The position numbers and the translations under genes were made by a program. Positions 8,987 to 17,647 of a DNA stretch of 53,628 bases are shown in pieces. Under the pieces are notes generated by a model, which worked only from the letters and a program-made list of their open reading frames with translations, ran no database searches and was not told the origin of the DNA. The stretch spans positions 1 to 53,628 of IMG/VR virus record IMGVR_UViG_3300031974_003381, one strand, 5' to 3'. The DNA is from a virus (lineage: Duplodnaviria; Caudoviricetes). The stretch's first letter is position 1. Each line of letters opens with the position of its first letter.

Positions 8987-9655
8987 TCACCTCTCCAACG
9001 AACTTATGACGGCTGCCGGAATGTAGACCGGTCGGCCGAACTGATTATGGCACCATAGCGCAAATTCGTCGGTGAGACAAAACTGGCTTGGCTTGCGTTT
9101 CGAGAACGGCGCTGGGATGCCCGCCTTGATGATGCGCTTCTCTAACCTGTGCGCGAGGCGCTTGATGCTTTCTTCTGGAAACTCTGCACGCATCTCATTG
9201 AGTATCCTGACCACGCCTTCCTCATATCGCGCGACGACGCTGGGCTCGTCCAGCCATCGTGGATATGCATTGATGACGACAGCGAGCAGGATCAATTCAT
9301 TGGTCGTGGCGTCGAGATACTCCCGCAGGATCATGGCCGTGTCTGTGCCGGCGATCAGTCTGAAATGAGCCTCCAGTTCCTCACTATCAAAACGTTTCAC
9401 CGGCGTGTTGACGGTCGCTTTCTGGTATGCCCGCCACACCGCCGTCTTGGTGCGCTCCAGCACGTTAGCAATGCGGTTGAATGAGTAGTTCAGCTCGTCA
9501 CGCATCAGAACGATTGCCTCGATCCGCGCTTTGTCCAGAACCTGACGCTCTGCGCTGTTGATCGACAGCATGTGGATGTCGGCCAGAACCTGAGACGGAT
9601 GCACTCCGTGCCGGTCCGCGACCTGACACAGTATGGCTCGTCCAGTCCGTGGCAT
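8987..9655 (-). CDS. DNA-binding protein with a DnaA domain IV-like HTH
   Basis: ILCQVADRHGVHPSQVL...ARIEAIVLMRDELNYSFNRIANVLERTKTAVWRAYQK follows the DnaA C-terminal (domain IV) pattern. Confidence 0.65.
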   Translation of the reverse strand: MPRTGRAILCQVADRHGVHPSQVLADIHMLSINSAERQVLDKARIEAIVLMRDELNYSFNRIANVLERTKTAVWRAYQKATVNTPVKRFDSEELEAHFRLIAGTDTAMILREYLDATTNELILLAVVINAYPRWLDEPSVVARYEEGVVRILNEMRAEFPEESIKRLAHRLEKRIIKAGIPAPFSKRKPSQFCLTDEFALWCHNQFGRPVYIPAAVISSLER

Positions 9656-10047
9656 CAGTCTGCCTGCTGCGCGCGCTTCTCTGCCTGAAACGAGGCGACC
9701 TCTGTCTGATTGAGACGCACTCGGCCGTCAGCAATCTGGTTATCGCTGATCAGGCTGTCCCAATAATATCGACCCAGCCGACTTTTGTCGAAATCAAACG
9801 CCTTGCGGATCGCGTCAGCGCTCATGACCACCTGCGATGGTATCGCCGGCGTCACGACATTGTTGACAGCCTCACCTTTGCCGTCATCGACAAGCGCTGC
9901 TGCGACAAGCGCTGCCTTAGCTTTGTCCAGTTCGATCTCTAGCCACATTTTGCGACGGTCCTGTTCGACAATCTGCTCCAAAAACGTGTCGAGATTGTTC
10001 TGGGCTGCGCGCAGTTGCTGGACTGCTCTAATCAAATGTTCGTTCAT
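9655..10047 (-). CDS. Hypothetical coiled-coil protein
   Basis: ATG 10047 (MNEHLIRAV...) with a GGAGGAG RBS and an ATGA overlap; part of ORF 9655-10230. Confidence 0.6.
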   Translation of the reverse strand: MNEHLIRAVQQLRAAQNNLDTFLEQIVEQDRRKMWLEIELDKAKAALVAAALVDDGKGEAVNNVVTPAIPSQVVMSADAIRKAFDFDKSRLGRYYWDSLISDNQIADGRVRLNQTEVASFQAEKRAQQAD

Positions 10048-10466
10048 TGATCTACTCCTCCAAAAATAGGCAGGTTGCCGCCGGCGCCTACGAACGTCAT
10101 AGACGCAACGCGATGTGAGATGACGCTGCCAGCCACGACGTCGATAAACGACAGGACGAGCAGTGTCGCGCCCACCTGATCTGCACAGGCTCCACTCAGC
10201 ACAAGCAGACACATCAACAGCAGAAAGCAAACGCTGATGATCTGGTCTGCCGTGCCGAGAGCGCGAGCCAGTGTCGCTTTGATCATCTCTGCACCAAGGC
10301 AGATAATGCCCACGATCGTCACCAGACCCGACAACGTCAGACCTATGCTGTACGCACTAAACGTTGGAATGGTCAGCCAAACGCTTTCCGGCGCCACCCA
10401 CGGGGTCAGGAACAGGTACAGCGCAAGCGGTAGACTTAGCGTGGGGACATAGAATAACCGGTTCAT
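10044..10466 (-). CDS. Integral membrane protein (about 4 TM helices)
   Basis: 140 aa, four hydrophobic segments, AGGAGA RBS, coupled to the helicase gene. Confidence 0.6.
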   Translation of the reverse strand: MNRLFYVPTLSLPLALYLFLTPWVAPESVWLTIPTFSAYSIGLTLSGLVTIVGIICLGAEMIKATLARALGTADQIISVCFLLLMCLLVLSGACADQVGATLLVLSFIDVVAGSVISHRVASMTFVGAGGNLPIFGGVDQ

Positions 10467-11851
10467 AGTGTGGTCTCCTGAAAAAAGTTCTCCGCGATCC
10501 GATGCTGCATCCGCACCGTGCCAGGCCGTCCCGATCGAGCCTTCGCAACATCCAGTTCGAATTGATACTGCACCTGTTCGAGCACTTTGAGAAGCATCTC
10601 CGCTCGCTCTGCGTTTTCCTCTGCAATCGCCTCATCGATCGATCTCTGCAGATAGTAATCCTGACGATAGGCCAGCAGCACTACTGACGCATCCTGTTCG
10701 ATCGCTCCGCTCTCTCGCAAATCAGCCAGCTGTGGCTTGTGAGATTGGCGCTGTTCGACCGCACGGTTCAGCTGCGATAGCGCCAACACCGCAATGTTGA
10801 ATTCCTTAGCGATCTGCAACAGCGCATCTGAGACAGCAGTGACAGTCTCATACTGGCTGTTCGTGCGTCGCCCCGCTGTCATTTTGCCGAGGTGATCAAC
10901 CACAATCACGCGCGGCTCTTTCCAGCCCCTCTGCCGTGCGAGGCGCCGCGCCTTGCGAAACTGACGCCTGACGTGGTCAGGACCGATCCCGCCCTTATCG
11001 TCCACGATCACGCGATTGGCATCGTCTGTGCTCAACACCTCACGCCGACGCCTCCAGTCGGACGCCTGCGCTTCGCCAGTTTTGAACGTCGAGTAGAACG
11101 GGACGCGCGACATTGGCTCTTCTGCGTGCATCATTGTGCACGCCATCCTGTTCAGGATGTCCTGACGTGGAACCTCCAAACTGAAATACAGAACTGTCTC
11201 ACCTGCTCGGGCTGCAGCTGCCGCAATCTGCACAGCGATCGCGCTCTTACCCATCCCTGGCCGACCTGCCAGCACCGTGACACCTCCGACCTCGAGACCA
11301 CCACATCGACGATCGACCTGATTGAAGCCGGTCTTCACGAACTCGTCGGCTGGGTCGTCGTCGAGGCAATCCTCAGTCAGCACCAGATCATTGCTGACCC
11401 CAGTATCAAACACGGAACTGATTGCGCCGTGAAGCAGATCACAGGCCTCCTCCACCTGCATCGTTTTCAGGTCCGACAGCACCTGATCTACAGCCATCCT
11501 GATCCTGCGCTTCTGCGCACAGGTGATGATGATGTGAGCAAATGCTGTGACTTCGTCTGGAAAGTCAGCGACGCAATGGATCAAGCCAGCAGAGCCAACG
11601 ATGTGCTTTTTCATGTCATCTGTCAGCGCGTCCTGCTTTTCCAGCCACGCCAGCAACAGGTCGACGTTCACCAGTTTGCTCTCTGCAATGCGCCGGCTGA
11701 TCCAGCCATAAATGTGCTGGTTCCAGTCGTCAAAAAAATGCTCAGCTTCCAGCCCCTCGACGGCATCAACGAAAGCCGACGTTTTGTATAGCAGGCTCGC
11801 AATCACCGACGCCTCGGCTGCGTAGTCATGTGGATCCACTTCGTTATGCAT
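10463..11851 (-). CDS. dnaB: Replicative DNA helicase, DnaB family
   Basis: AEASVIASLL N-domain, Walker A AGRPGMGKS, FSLE, VVDHL, LSQLNRAVEQR, DLRESGAIEQDA and KARSG. Confidence 0.95.
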   Translation of the reverse strand: MHNEVDPHDYAAEASVIASLLYKTSAFVDAVEGLEAEHFFDDWNQHIYGWISRRIAESKLVNVDLLLAWLEKQDALTDDMKKHIVGSAGLIHCVADFPDEVTAFAHIIITCAQKRRIRMAVDQVLSDLKTMQVEEACDLLHGAISSVFDTGVSNDLVLTEDCLDDDPADEFVKTGFNQVDRRCGGLEVGGVTVLAGRPGMGKSAIAVQIAAAAARAGETVLYFSLEVPRQDILNRMACTMMHAEEPMSRVPFYSTFKTGEAQASDWRRRREVLSTDDANRVIVDDKGGIGPDHVRRQFRKARRLARQRGWKEPRVIVVDHLGKMTAGRRTNSQYETVTAVSDALLQIAKEFNIAVLALSQLNRAVEQRQSHKPQLADLRESGAIEQDASVVLLAYRQDYYLQRSIDEAIAEENAERAEMLLKVLEQVQYQFELDVAKARSGRPGTVRMQHRIAENFFQETTL

Positions 11852-12626
11852 AATGCTCTCCCTTGGCCGGCCTCAGCCAACGATATCTGTATCTGTGGTT
11901 TGGAAAACGCGCAGCGCGTAGCTCTCTGGCCTCTGGCAGGTACGTCTGCACGTATCGTTCATACTCTGGGCTGGTCACAACGTTGCTGAACGAAGTGAAC
12001 TCCAGACAGTCTGCTGTGCTGTCTCGTTGCTGTCGGGCTGCCTCGATCAACCTGCTGCTGCTGACAGGACCAGACAGACACAGCTGAGCCGATCGCTTGA
12101 TGAACAGGCTCATCTCTGCTCGGTCAGCGTAGTTATAGACCTGACCATACGCGTTTGCCTGTCCGACAATGCCGAAATCAACGTCGATGCCGATCGTATC
12201 GTTGACGCGATAAGCCGTCAGGGTCTCACATCGATACCCCCACACCAACCAGACCGGCAGTTGCGTGTGTTCCTGCCATGCAATCAGGCGAGCATATTTG
12301 TCGACCTTGACGATCACATCTGCGCATCGGTCGAACGAGACACCAGATTTCTGGTGCACTCCGCTTTTGTCTTTCAGCTCCAGATACGCAATCGGCTGTC
12401 CAGCGTAGTGAACCACAGCGTCGACTGGATAATACCCATCCTCTACATTGCACAGCTCAACCAATGATCCGGCTGGCACATCGGGCAGTTTTGTTATGCA
12501 GTCGCACAGCCGGTCGACCATAGACTGCTCACCGCGCAACAGTCTCTGGCTCGCCTGCTTGCTAGCGTTGGCGCCGGCGCGTGGATAGCGTTCGTAATAC
12601 CATTCAGGAATGTCGTGCGTCTTCAT
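11844..12626 (-). CDS. Putative PD-(D/E)XK nuclease-fold protein
   Basis: E...PVDAVV...AYLELKDK resembles the restriction-endonuclease-like catalytic motif. Confidence 0.5.
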   Translation of the reverse strand: MKTHDIPEWYYERYPRAGANASKQASQRLLRGEQSMVDRLCDCITKLPDVPAGSLVELCNVEDGYYPVDAVVHYAGQPIAYLELKDKSGVHQKSGVSFDRCADVIVKVDKYARLIAWQEHTQLPVWLVWGYRCETLTAYRVNDTIGIDVDFGIVGQANAYGQVYNYADRAEMSLFIKRSAQLCLSGPVSSSRLIEAARQQRDSTADCLEFTSFSNVVTSPEYERYVQTYLPEARELRAARFPNHRYRYRWLRPAKGEHYA

Positions 12627-13306
12627 CTCATACTCTCAAATCGCTCACGGATGCCACTCATGTCGGCCGGCTGGCTGGGCTGGCTTTCAATCAGGTTCTC
12701 GAACTGGAGGCCCTTGCCGGTCCCCGACAGGAACACCTGCAGGCCGCTGTGAAATGCCGCGTCCGTTTTCTGAGCATACACGCGTACCGCTGAGGTGATT
12801 TGTTCAGGTGTGTGTCGACCCAAAAGCTTGGTCAGCGTTTTCATAGTTCGCTGTCTGTTGGTTCTGCCTCTGCCCTGCTCGCTGAGCAGCGCGCGGAGCG
12901 CGTCATATAGTTCACTAGTCTGTTCTCTAGTCTGTTTGTGTATGTCGGGAGATACATGCAGGTTATCTCGTGGGATAACATCCGTTATCTCAGGGGATAC
13001 ATGTATGTCAGGAGATACATGTATGCCGTCACATACATCGTCGAAAACTACCACGTACGTCCACTGCCCAGTTTTCCGCCGCTCGAGTTTGCGAATATAA
13101 CCGCACGCCTCGAGACGCTTGAGCGCTGCGTTGATGTTAGGTCGCGCAATGCCCAGTGTATCGCTCAAAGTCACCTGCGATGGATAGACCTCTCGCGTGT
13201 CGGAATTGACGTACGAACCAATCGCACCCAACACCCGCAGGTCGGTTAGTTTCAACCGCCTGTCCGAAAACGCGGACGCATTCATCATGCTAAATCGCTC
13301 AGACAT
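12623..13306 (-). CDS. Replication initiator (N-terminal winged HTH, lambda O-like organisation)
   Basis: DLRVLGAIGSY...VYPSQVTLSDTLGIARPNINAALKRLEACGYI; internal iterons; upstream of dnaB. ATG 13306 chosen over the ORF-track start 13339. Confidence 0.8.
   Translation of the reverse strand: MSERFSMMNASAFSDRRLKLTDLRVLGAIGSYVNSDTREVYPSQVTLSDTLGIARPNINAALKRLEACGYIRKLERRKTGQWTYVVVFDDVCDGIHVSPDIHVSPEITDVIPRDNLHVSPDIHKQTREQTSELYDALRALLSEQGRGRTNRQRTMKTLTKLLGRHTPEQITSAVRVYAQKTDAAFHSGLQVFLSGTGKGLQFENLIESQPSQPADMSGIRERFESMR
12915..13021. repeat. Iteron array, putative replication origin
   Basis: Four ~18-bp repeats: TATGTCGGGAGATACATG (12941), TATCTCGTGGGATAACAT (12964), TATCTCAGGGGATACATG (12986), TATGTCAGGAGATACATG (13004). 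Also two CTAGTCTGTT copies (12915, 12927). Confidence 0.75.
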
Positions 13307-13676
13307 CAGCCCGCTTCCTGTAAATCTCAGCGCCTGCACGTGTCATCCGATAGCCCATGCCGCGCACAGTCTCGATCACAACGCCATCGCGTGCTGTCTT
13401 AGCTCGCACGCGGCTGACCAGAACCTTGATCATGGGCCATGCGTTCACAGCATCGCTGTCCAAAACGTTGAACAGCGCTTCATAGCTGAACACCATTTCA
13501 GGCCGGCGAGCTAGCGTTTCAGCAATGCGCTGCTCTTGTCTGGTCAGATTGTACGGATGATCTGGCCGATACGAACCGCGCACCTCTTGAAGCTTGAACC
13601 GCAGATCATCGATGATCTTCTCTTGCTTGCGCACGATGCGTATCAGCTGGTCATATGTAAGTCTGCGTCTCTCCAC
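13299..13676 (-). CDS. Stand-alone OmpR/PhoB-type winged-helix DNA-binding protein
   Basis: LTRQEQRIAETLARRPEMVFSYEAL...IKVLVSRVRAK...IETVRGMGYRM is the Trans_reg_C pattern. No receiver domain. GAGGAGG RBS with a GTG start. Confidence 0.8.
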   Translation of the reverse strand: MERRRLTYDQLIRIVRKQEKIIDDLRFKLQEVRGSYRPDHPYNLTRQEQRIAETLARRPEMVFSYEALFNVLDSDAVNAWPMIKVLVSRVRAKTARDGVVIETVRGMGYRMTRAGAEIYRKRADV

Positions 13677-13696
13677 ACGTCCCTCCTCTGTGTTGC

Positions 13697-14062
13697 CTAG
13701 CTAATCAACCTCATTCTGAGCGGCACCCCTGCCGCCACCAGTTTGATCGCTACATCATCGATCGACGTCACTGTCATGTGAACACCACCTGCCTCAACCC
13801 ACTGGTTGGCCCAATCTTTTTGCTTCACGCTCAGCCTGCCTTTGGGCCCCTTCACCTCGATGGCGATAGGTTTGCCATTGGTCAGCACGATCAGGTCCGC
13901 AACGCCTGCAACCACGCCCATCGCCTTGAAGCGCGCAGCCTCAGCCGTTCGCCGCGCACCGCCGTTGGGCACGTGAAAAACGACGCTGTTCTCTGGCAGA
14001 GCAGAGCGCAGAAACATGACTATCGATCGTTGGATCTGGTACTCGACCTGATTTCTACGCAC
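13697..14062 (-). CDS. VRR-NUC domain nuclease
   Basis: EYQIQ, FHVPNGG, GVVAGVADL, IEVK, GRLS..QKDW. Confidence 0.9.
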   Translation of the reverse strand: MRRNQVEYQIQRSIVMFLRSALPENSVVFHVPNGGARRTAEAARFKAMGVVAGVADLIVLTNGKPIAIEVKGPKGRLSVKQKDWANQWVEAGGVHMTVTSIDDVAIKLVAAGVPLRMRLIS

Positions 14063-14294
14063 GCGTCACCTGCTGCAGCGCTTTATAGATGCGGTCATGC
14101 ACATCAATGTGCCGGCTCACCTGCCTGCCCTGATCCTGCGCTGATAGGCTCGAATAAATGGTAGATTGCGGAATACCAGTGCGCTCGCTAATCTCTCGAA
14201 CACTGGTCTGGCCGGCGTCAATGGCCGTGCGCAAACGCGCTCGAATGCCAGTAAAATGGCGCTCGAGGCGCAGCCTGTCTATATAGTCGCTCAT
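14055..14294 (-). CDS. Cro-like HTH regulator
   Basis: 79 aa from ATG 14294 (AGGAG RBS). HTH SVREISERTGIPQSTIYS. First gene of the leftward operon. Confidence 0.7.
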   Translation of the reverse strand: MSDYIDRLRLERHFTGIRARLRTAIDAGQTSVREISERTGIPQSTIYSSLSAQDQGRQVSRHIDVHDRIYKALQQVTRA

Positions 14295-14445
14295 AAATGC
14301 TCCTTGCGTGAAATTTACGACATCTCGCATAGACCGAATTCGAGTGATCTGGCAACCCTCAACATGCCACAAAAACATTACGATCACACGTTGACACGAT
14401 AATACGATCGCCTGTAGTGTGCTGTCGTCATTACAGGAGAGACAC
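14295..14445. promoter_or_regulatory. Divergent promoter/operator region
   Basis: Rightward TTGACA(14391)-18nt-TAGTGT. Leftward TTGCCA-18nt-TATGCG. Operator-like TTACGA-catc-TCGCAT at 14315 and TTACGATC at 14378. Confidence 0.6.
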
Positions 14446-14721
14446 ATGACATATGATATTGCTGAACGTGACCGCGAGGAAATTGCGTTCGAACGCGCTG
14501 AATTCGCATTCATCCATGAAAACAAGGCGGACCTTCTAGACATCGTCAACGGTCTGGCCAAACTGCCGTACCAGATACGCAAGCATCCAGACTTCTGTGA
14601 CGAGGTCATCTGGAACGCGGTGCAGCTGCATCACGAATGGGATCGTGACGAGCATCATTGCGACTGGGCCTACGATTTTATTCGGTCACACCTGCGGGAT
14701 CTGATCAATGCTAAATTCTGA
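14446..14721 (+). CDS. Hypothetical early protein
   Basis: ATG 14446 after an AGGAGA RBS; 91 aa. Confidence 0.7.
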   Translation: MTYDIAERDREEIAFERAEFAFIHENKADLLDIVNGLAKLPYQIRKHPDFCDEVIWNAVQLHHEWDRDEHHCDWAYDFIRSHLRDLINAKF

Positions 14722-14881
14722 GCAAGCCAAACTGTTGCGCCAGATCGCCAACGATCTCGAATGGGACACGGTCAAAATGGACAGCGAGACGCGCCAGCAA
14801 TGGTTTCGCCGGTGCGACAACCTGCGACGTCTGGCCGATCGTCTCGATGAACATCCAAACGAACAATACATAGAGCACTGA
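14708..14881 (+). CDS. Hypothetical protein (57 aa)
   Basis: Manual translation MLNSEQAKLLRQIANDLEW...EQYIEH fills the gap between its neighbours. Confidence 0.55.
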   Translation: MLNSEQAKLLRQIANDLEWDTVKMDSETRQQWFRRCDNLRRLADRLDEHPNEQYIEH

Positions 14882-14882
14882 C

Positions 14883-15179
14883 ATGTTTAACCTGACATCC
14901 AAACTGGCACAGACCGAGCGCCTGCTCGATCCCGTGCTCGTCACCATCCGCCGGCGCGAAGAACGTCGCGTGCTGGATCACAACTGTGCACAGGCCTCGG
15001 CCGAACTGCACAATATGCGTCATCTGGTCGTGACGCTGGAGCGCGAACTGCAAAGCGCAGTCCAGCGCCACAACCTCGCCAAAACGCATCTGGAACGTTG
15101 CCGAGCAGCGCTACAGGAGCACGATCGCTTTACCGCCACTGTCATTAAAGGAGAGAACAATGACAACGCTTACGCTTGA
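14883..15179 (+). CDS. Hypothetical coiled-coil protein
   Basis: 98-aa ORF tightly packed in the operon. Confidence 0.6.
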   Translation: MFNLTSKLAQTERLLDPVLVTIRRREERRVLDHNCAQASAELHNMRHLVVTLERELQSAVQRHNLAKTHLERCRAALQEHDRFTATVIKGENNDNAYA

Positions 15180-15804
15180 TGAGATCGCGACGGTCGACAC
15201 TGTCGCAGCAAAGAAGGCATTCGTCGCTGCGCTGTGCAGCGCGCGTGCAGCCTTCACGTACGTCGATAAGTCGGGTCGCAACAGCCACCTGAAAAGCGAG
15301 TATGCCAAACTGGAGGACATACAGGGTGCCATTGATGAGGCTCTGTATGGCAATGGACTGATCTATGACTGGACGGTCGCTCAGCTGGCAGACAATCAGC
15401 TGGAGGTCACGTGTAATCTGACGCATGTCGACGGATACACGCGCAGTTCGCGCTTTGTGGTGCCGTACGAAGAAGGTGGCCGAGGCGCTAACGCTATTCA
15501 GGCACGCGCTGTCGCCTATACATATGGCCGGCGATATACGCTGATGGGCGTCACCGGCGTGCGCGTTGGTGGAGAGGACACCGACGGCGAGCCAAAGAAC
15601 GGACGCCGGCCTGCGCAAACCACGCCTGCGCGCAATCAACTGCCGTTGATCCGTCAGATGCTGAAACAGCTCGACAAAACTGAGGACCAGTTCCTGCGAT
15701 GGGCTGCTGGCCAGCCGTTTGGCGCATCGTCACTGGACGATATCGAGGCTGTGCATCACGCAGCGATCGTTCGCAAGCTTGAGAGCTGGGGGGCCACACA
15801 ATGA
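15160..15804 (+). CDS. erf: ERF-family ssDNA annealing protein
   Basis: NSHLKSEYAKLEDI, LTHVDG, Q...AYTYGRRYTL.GV...EDTDG. Confidence 0.85.
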   Translation: MTTLTLDEIATVDTVAAKKAFVAALCSARAAFTYVDKSGRNSHLKSEYAKLEDIQGAIDEALYGNGLIYDWTVAQLADNQLEVTCNLTHVDGYTRSSRFVVPYEEGGRGANAIQARAVAYTYGRRYTLMGVTGVRVGGEDTDGEPKNGRRPAQTTPARNQLPLIRQMLKQLDKTEDQFLRWAAGQPFGASSLDDIEAVHHAAIVRKLESWGATQ

Positions 15805-16466
15805 CAGAGAACCCGCAAGAAATCGATCGCGAGCAATGGCTGGCGGATCGCGTTGGCAAAATAACCGCGTCCAAAGTGCACGCTGTGGTTCGTCGCAAGC
15901 GCGATGGCAAACCGTACGCCGACTATGACACGTATCTCTGGTCTCTCGTCACTGAACGCCTGACCGGCCGGCGTGTCGAGGTGCCGACCACTTGGGCCAT
16001 GCAGCGTGGCGTCGAACTGGAGCCACTGGCTGCTGCTGAATATGAAATGCAGACAGACCAGCCGGTGACCTTCAGTGGTTTCGTCGATCACGTCATGCTG
16101 CCGCGCACGGGCTGCAGCCCAGACCGTCTCGTGGGATCTGATGGAGTGCTGGAAATCAAGTGCCCGTTGGACAAAAACTATCTGGAATTCTTCATGAGCG
16201 GATCCGTGCCCGAGCAGTATTATTGGCAGGCCCTGCTGCAGATGTCCTGCACAGGCAGACACTGGGTCGACATCATGTATTATCATCCTGACATGCCGGA
16301 CGATATGCAGATGCGTATCGTGCGTCTGGAGCGATCGAAGTGTGAGGCAGATATCGAAATCATGATGCGTCGCATTGAGGAGTTCGATCGAGAGGTCTGC
16401 ACAGCTGTCACTCGATGCCAGCACGTAGGTCGCGAGCTAATTGGTGGGCGCTGTGAACAACAGTAA
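15801..16466 (+). CDS. YqaJ/lambda-exonuclease family protein
   Basis: WLADRVGKITAS, AMQRGVELEP, GCSPDRLV, LEIKCP, YYWQ..LQM.CTGR.W. Confidence 0.9.
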   Translation: MTENPQEIDREQWLADRVGKITASKVHAVVRRKRDGKPYADYDTYLWSLVTERLTGRRVEVPTTWAMQRGVELEPLAAAEYEMQTDQPVTFSGFVDHVMLPRTGCSPDRLVGSDGVLEIKCPLDKNYLEFFMSGSVPEQYYWQALLQMSCTGRHWVDIMYYHPDMPDDMQMRIVRLERSKCEADIEIMMRRIEEFDREVCTAVTRCQHVGRELIGGRCEQQ

Positions 16467-16785
16467 CATCATCATGCGACACTACGCTAAGGCCAAACTG
16501 CGTGATCTGACGATGCCACACCTGTCATTCTCTGACGTCAACGTCCATGACAGCGTCAACTATGTTCGCCTGATCACGCTAATACGCACAGTCGCGCCAG
16601 TCTTTGAATTGACGCTGCTGCGCATTGGCCATACGCGAGAGGACGGGCCAGGCATTGTGCTGACGCAGGTCTATGAGCAGCCGTACGTGGCCGAGATGGG
16701 ATACAGTGCATTCGTTTCGCCGACAGGCGGTCGTCTGCTACAATACGAACACAAGATTTTTAACAACCTCAGAGGTAAAAGATGA
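16441..16785 (+). CDS. Hypothetical protein
   Basis: 114-aa ORF between the exonuclease and ssb, with an ATGA overlap with ssb. Start uncertain. Confidence 0.55.
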   Translation: MVGAVNNSNIIMRHYAKAKLRDLTMPHLSFSDVNVHDSVNYVRLITLIRTVAPVFELTLLRIGHTREDGPGIVLTQVYEQPYVAEMGYSAFVSPTGGRLLQYEHKIFNNLRGKR

Positions 16786-17174
16786 GCAGTATCAACAAGG
16801 TCATTCTGGTCGGCAATGTCGGCAAGGATCCAGAGGTCCGAGATTTTGGCGACGGTCAAAAGGTAGTTCGCCTGTCTCTGGCCACCAGTGAGCGCTGGAA
16901 AGACAAGAGCGGTCAGCGTCAAGAGCGGACCGAGTGGCACAATGTGTCGATTTACGGCGCGCTGGCAGACATTGCTGAGCGCTACGTGACCAAGGGCAGC
17001 CGGCTGTATTTGGAAGGCAAGGTCCAGACCCGCAAGTACCAAGCCAAGGACGGTTCAGATCGATATGCGACAGACATCGTCCTGCGTGGGTATGGCGCTG
17101 ACATGGTCATGTTGAGCGGACAGGGCCGGTCTGACGTTACAGAGCCAGAGCTGGACGACGCAATACCGTTTTAA
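16782..17174 (+). CDS. ssb: Single-stranded DNA-binding protein
   Basis: SINKVILVGNVGKDPEVR, ATSERWKDK, TEWHNV and an acidic C-tail DDAIPF. Confidence 0.95.
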   Translation: MSSINKVILVGNVGKDPEVRDFGDGQKVVRLSLATSERWKDKSGQRQERTEWHNVSIYGALADIAERYVTKGSRLYLEGKVQTRKYQAKDGSDRYATDIVLRGYGADMVMLSGQGRSDVTEPELDDAIPF

Positions 17175-17180
17175 AAGCTT

Positions 17181-17262
17181 GGCGGTCACGTTTCCCTCCC
17201 CCCCACCGTGACCGCCTTGGGGGCGGGGTCCACACATGTCTCTCCTAGCAGTGGATCCCGCC
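17181..17262 (+). ncRNA. Candidate twin-hairpin small RNA with C/U-rich loops
   Basis: GGCGGTCACG-tttccctcccccccac-CGTGACCGCC and GGCGGGGTCCAC-acatgtctctcctagca-GTGGATCCCGCC. Confidence 0.45.
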
Positions 17263-17293
17263 ATTCCAATTTACATGATACAACAGAACAGAA

Positions 17294-17647
17294 GTGACAG
17301 GAGAAACGATTAAGGCAGAAGACATGACAGACCACACTACACTGAAAGAAGCTGCTGAGGCTTTGGCAGGGCACAACTGGTATGTTCTTGGTCCGCCGTG
17401 GGCTGGTTTCACGGAGACATTCACCATTCTCCGTGACAGTCCTGACCCGCATGTCGGCGAGGCCATTCTTGAGACCATCCCGATTGAAAGCATGGACGAA
17501 GACGACGATCATTACCGTCAGCGAGATTTGGCTAATTGGCTGGAGTTATGTGACCCCTCCAAAGTACTAGAGCTTCTGGCAGAGAATGAAGCGCTGCGTG
17601 AGGCTTTGGCGTTTAAGCAAAGCGCTCGAACAGCAAAGAAAAAATGA
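17294..17647 (+). CDS. Ead/Ea22-like early protein
   Basis: C-terminal 'LANWLELCDPSKVLELLAENEALR' resembles the Ea22-type 'A.P..VL.LL.E.E' helix. Start may be 17324. Confidence 0.5.
   Translation: MTGETIKAEDMTDHTTLKEAAEALAGHNWYVLGPPWAGFTETFTILRDSPDPHVGEAILETIPIESMDEDDDHYRQRDLANWLELCDPSKVLELLAENEALREALAFKQSARTAKKK

Noticed and set aside
10892-11791. Long antisense ORFs (299 aa here; also 6101-6901, 19572-20339, 39623-40492)
   Set aside because: Shadow frames of well-supported genes in GC-rich DNA, with no RBS or recognisable motifs.
12941-13021. Mini-CRISPR in the initiator gene
   Set aside because: The repeats are adjacent or only 4-5 bp apart, with no spacers; they fit iterons.
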